Shown here piece after piece: positions 63,054 through 64,000 of a stretch of DNA of 64,000 bases. The position numbers and the translations under genes are program-made. The stretch spans positions 1,302-65,301 of the forward strand of contig CAVJKX010000008.1 in the NCBI GenBank assembly GCA_963650165.1. The letters are read 5' to 3'. The stretch is from a bacterium (GTDB lineage: Bacteria; Bacillota; Clostridia; Oscillospirales; Oscillospiraceae). Below the pieces are notes generated by a model. It searched no databases and was not told the origin of the DNA. It saw only the letters and a program-made list of their open reading frames with translations. The stretch's first letter is position 1, and each line of letters begins with the position of its first letter.

Positions 63054-63326
63054 CTATGCGAATTTTATAATAAGGTACGCGGCAGCGGCGATCTGCAGGA
63101 GCGTCAGCAGCGGAAAGCCGACGACGAAGGCCTTGTGCAGCGTTTTGTGGCGGAACGAATACATGCCGACCGTACCGCCGAGCGCGCCGCCCAGAAACGC
63201 CAGCAGAAACAGCGTTCTTTCGGGGATGCGGCGCTTGCGGAGCTTTGCAAGCAGCTTGTCTATGCCCATGAGAGCGCACAGCAGCACGTTGACCGCCGCG
63301 AGGTAATAGGCAAGATACTCCATCAC
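63054..63326 (-). CDS. DUF1294-family small membrane protein
   Basis: [42 protein letters not shown] is the signature DUF1294 core. Confidence 0.75.
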   Translation of the reverse strand: MMEYLAYYLAAVNVLLCALMGIDKLLAKLRKRRIPERTLFLLAFLGGALGGTVGMYSFRHKTLHKAFVVGFPLLTLLQIAAAAYLIIKFA

Positions 63327-63742
63327 AGCTTGAACAGATTAAGACCTACGTCGGCATCGGGATATCTGTCGATCTCGCCGTCGATGACGGTCACGATCAT
63401 CTCGCAGGTGGCGGAGACGACCGCGCGGTTTAAGTGACCGCCGAACACCTCGCCCTTCTCGTTGCCCGCGGACATGTGTATATGCGTATAGAACTTGCCG
63501 TCCATGGTGTTGATGCTGCCCGTGAGAGAGACTATCTCGAACGCGCCCTTGAACTCGTTGGAGTAGTATTTCTTCTCCGAGGTGTTGAAAACGCCGACGG
63601 TGAAGTCGTTCGTTGCGCCCAGAGCCGAGACGGAAGCGAGCTTTATGTTCTCCTTTTCGGCCAGCTCGCGTATCTTGTCGAGTATCTCCTCGCCGCGGTC
63701 GATGCGTGCAACTATGGTCTTGTCAAATCTTTTGTACTTCAT
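63323..63742 (-). CDS. PPC (DUF296) domain protein
   Basis: 139 aa. SALGATNDFTVGVF...IVSLTGSI...HIHMSAGNEKGEVFGGHL is the typical PPC/DUF296 pattern. Confidence 0.7.
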   Translation of the reverse strand: MKYKRFDKTIVARIDRGEEILDKIRELAEKENIKLASVSALGATNDFTVGVFNTSEKKYYSNEFKGAFEIVSLTGSINTMDGKFYTHIHMSAGNEKGEVFGGHLNRAVVSATCEMIVTVIDGEIDRYPDADVGLNLFKL

Positions 63743-63745
63743 GAC

Positions 63746-64000
63746 TCATTTTCCTTTCTTTTTTGAACCCGGCTTCGCCGTCTTTTTGGACTTGGGCTTT
63801 GCCCAGCCCTTGGCGTAGCCGGCTTTTTTCGTTATCTGCGGCTTTTCCGGCTCCTTCGGCTTTGCCGGAGCCTTCGCCCGCGGCGGGCGGTCGGGGCGCA
63901 CAAGGCACTCCGGCCCGCAGCCGATGAGATCCTCCCTGCCGGCCTCCCTGAGCGCTTCGATGACGAGCTTTCGCTTGTCCGGACGCTTCCACTGCAAAAG
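63746..64000 (-). CDS. C-terminal end of a YgiQ-family radical SAM protein (5' part outside the window)
   Basis: ...WKRPDKRKLVIEALREAGREDLIGCGPECLVRP followed by a Lys/Pro/Ala-rich tail resembles YgiQ/UPF0313 C-termini as I recall them. The frame stays open to the window edge. Confidence 0.5.
   Translation of the reverse strand, partial: LLQWKRPDKRKLVIEALREAGREDLIGCGPECLVRPDRPPRAKAPAKPKEPEKPQITKKAGYAKGWAKPKSKKTAKPGSKKKGK

Overview
GC-rich chromosomal window that looks like Firmicutes/Clostridia. This is inferred from scr(SRP RNA)-dnaX-ybaB synteny, a clostridial 2x[4Fe-4S] ferredoxin, a rubrerythrin/Fur-family pair and GGAGG-type RBSs. All calls come from reading the sequence and the ORF track by eye; no searches were run. 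I support about 55 protein genes, 2 tRNAs (Leu-CAG, Ala-CGC), one long SRP RNA and several promoters and terminators. Ordinary content: a ClpA/C-family unfoldase (partial), ferredoxin, tRNA/rRNA methyltransferases, an rbr-fur-SAS-carbonic anhydrase string and a LysR-controlled MFS/TIM-barrel/AroE-like/enoate-reductase operon. Also ordinary: a LacI-controlled HMGL-like lyase/CoA-transferase/permease/esterase operon, a beta-CASP MBL hydrolase, a thioredoxin plus FTR-like pair, a heterodimeric ABC exporter, an M16 peptidase, a two-component system with an ABC-2 transporter and GT2, dnaX and ybaB. Two things stand out. (1) A 16.8-kb, nine-gene minus-strand operon (13102-29946) has one promoter and one terminator. 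It opens with a polytopic membrane protein and a PrsW-like intramembrane protease. Seven exported or membrane-anchored proteins follow: three tandem 744-745 aa paralogs, a 1528-aa giant, a Pmp-repeat beta-helix protein and two others. Five of the seven are built from a recurring motif I cannot assign to any characterised bacterial family. I saw no sortase signal, SLH repeats, secretion ATPase or regulator. This is my candidate for an undescribed cell-surface system. (2) A mosaic, hairpin-rich intergenic repeat family occurs in five clusters. Two are ~740-bp elements bounded by inverted terminal modules. The clusters abut or supply gene stop codons, and one sits where recR usually follows ybaB. 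Many long ORFs in the track are antisense shadows of real genes and are rejected.
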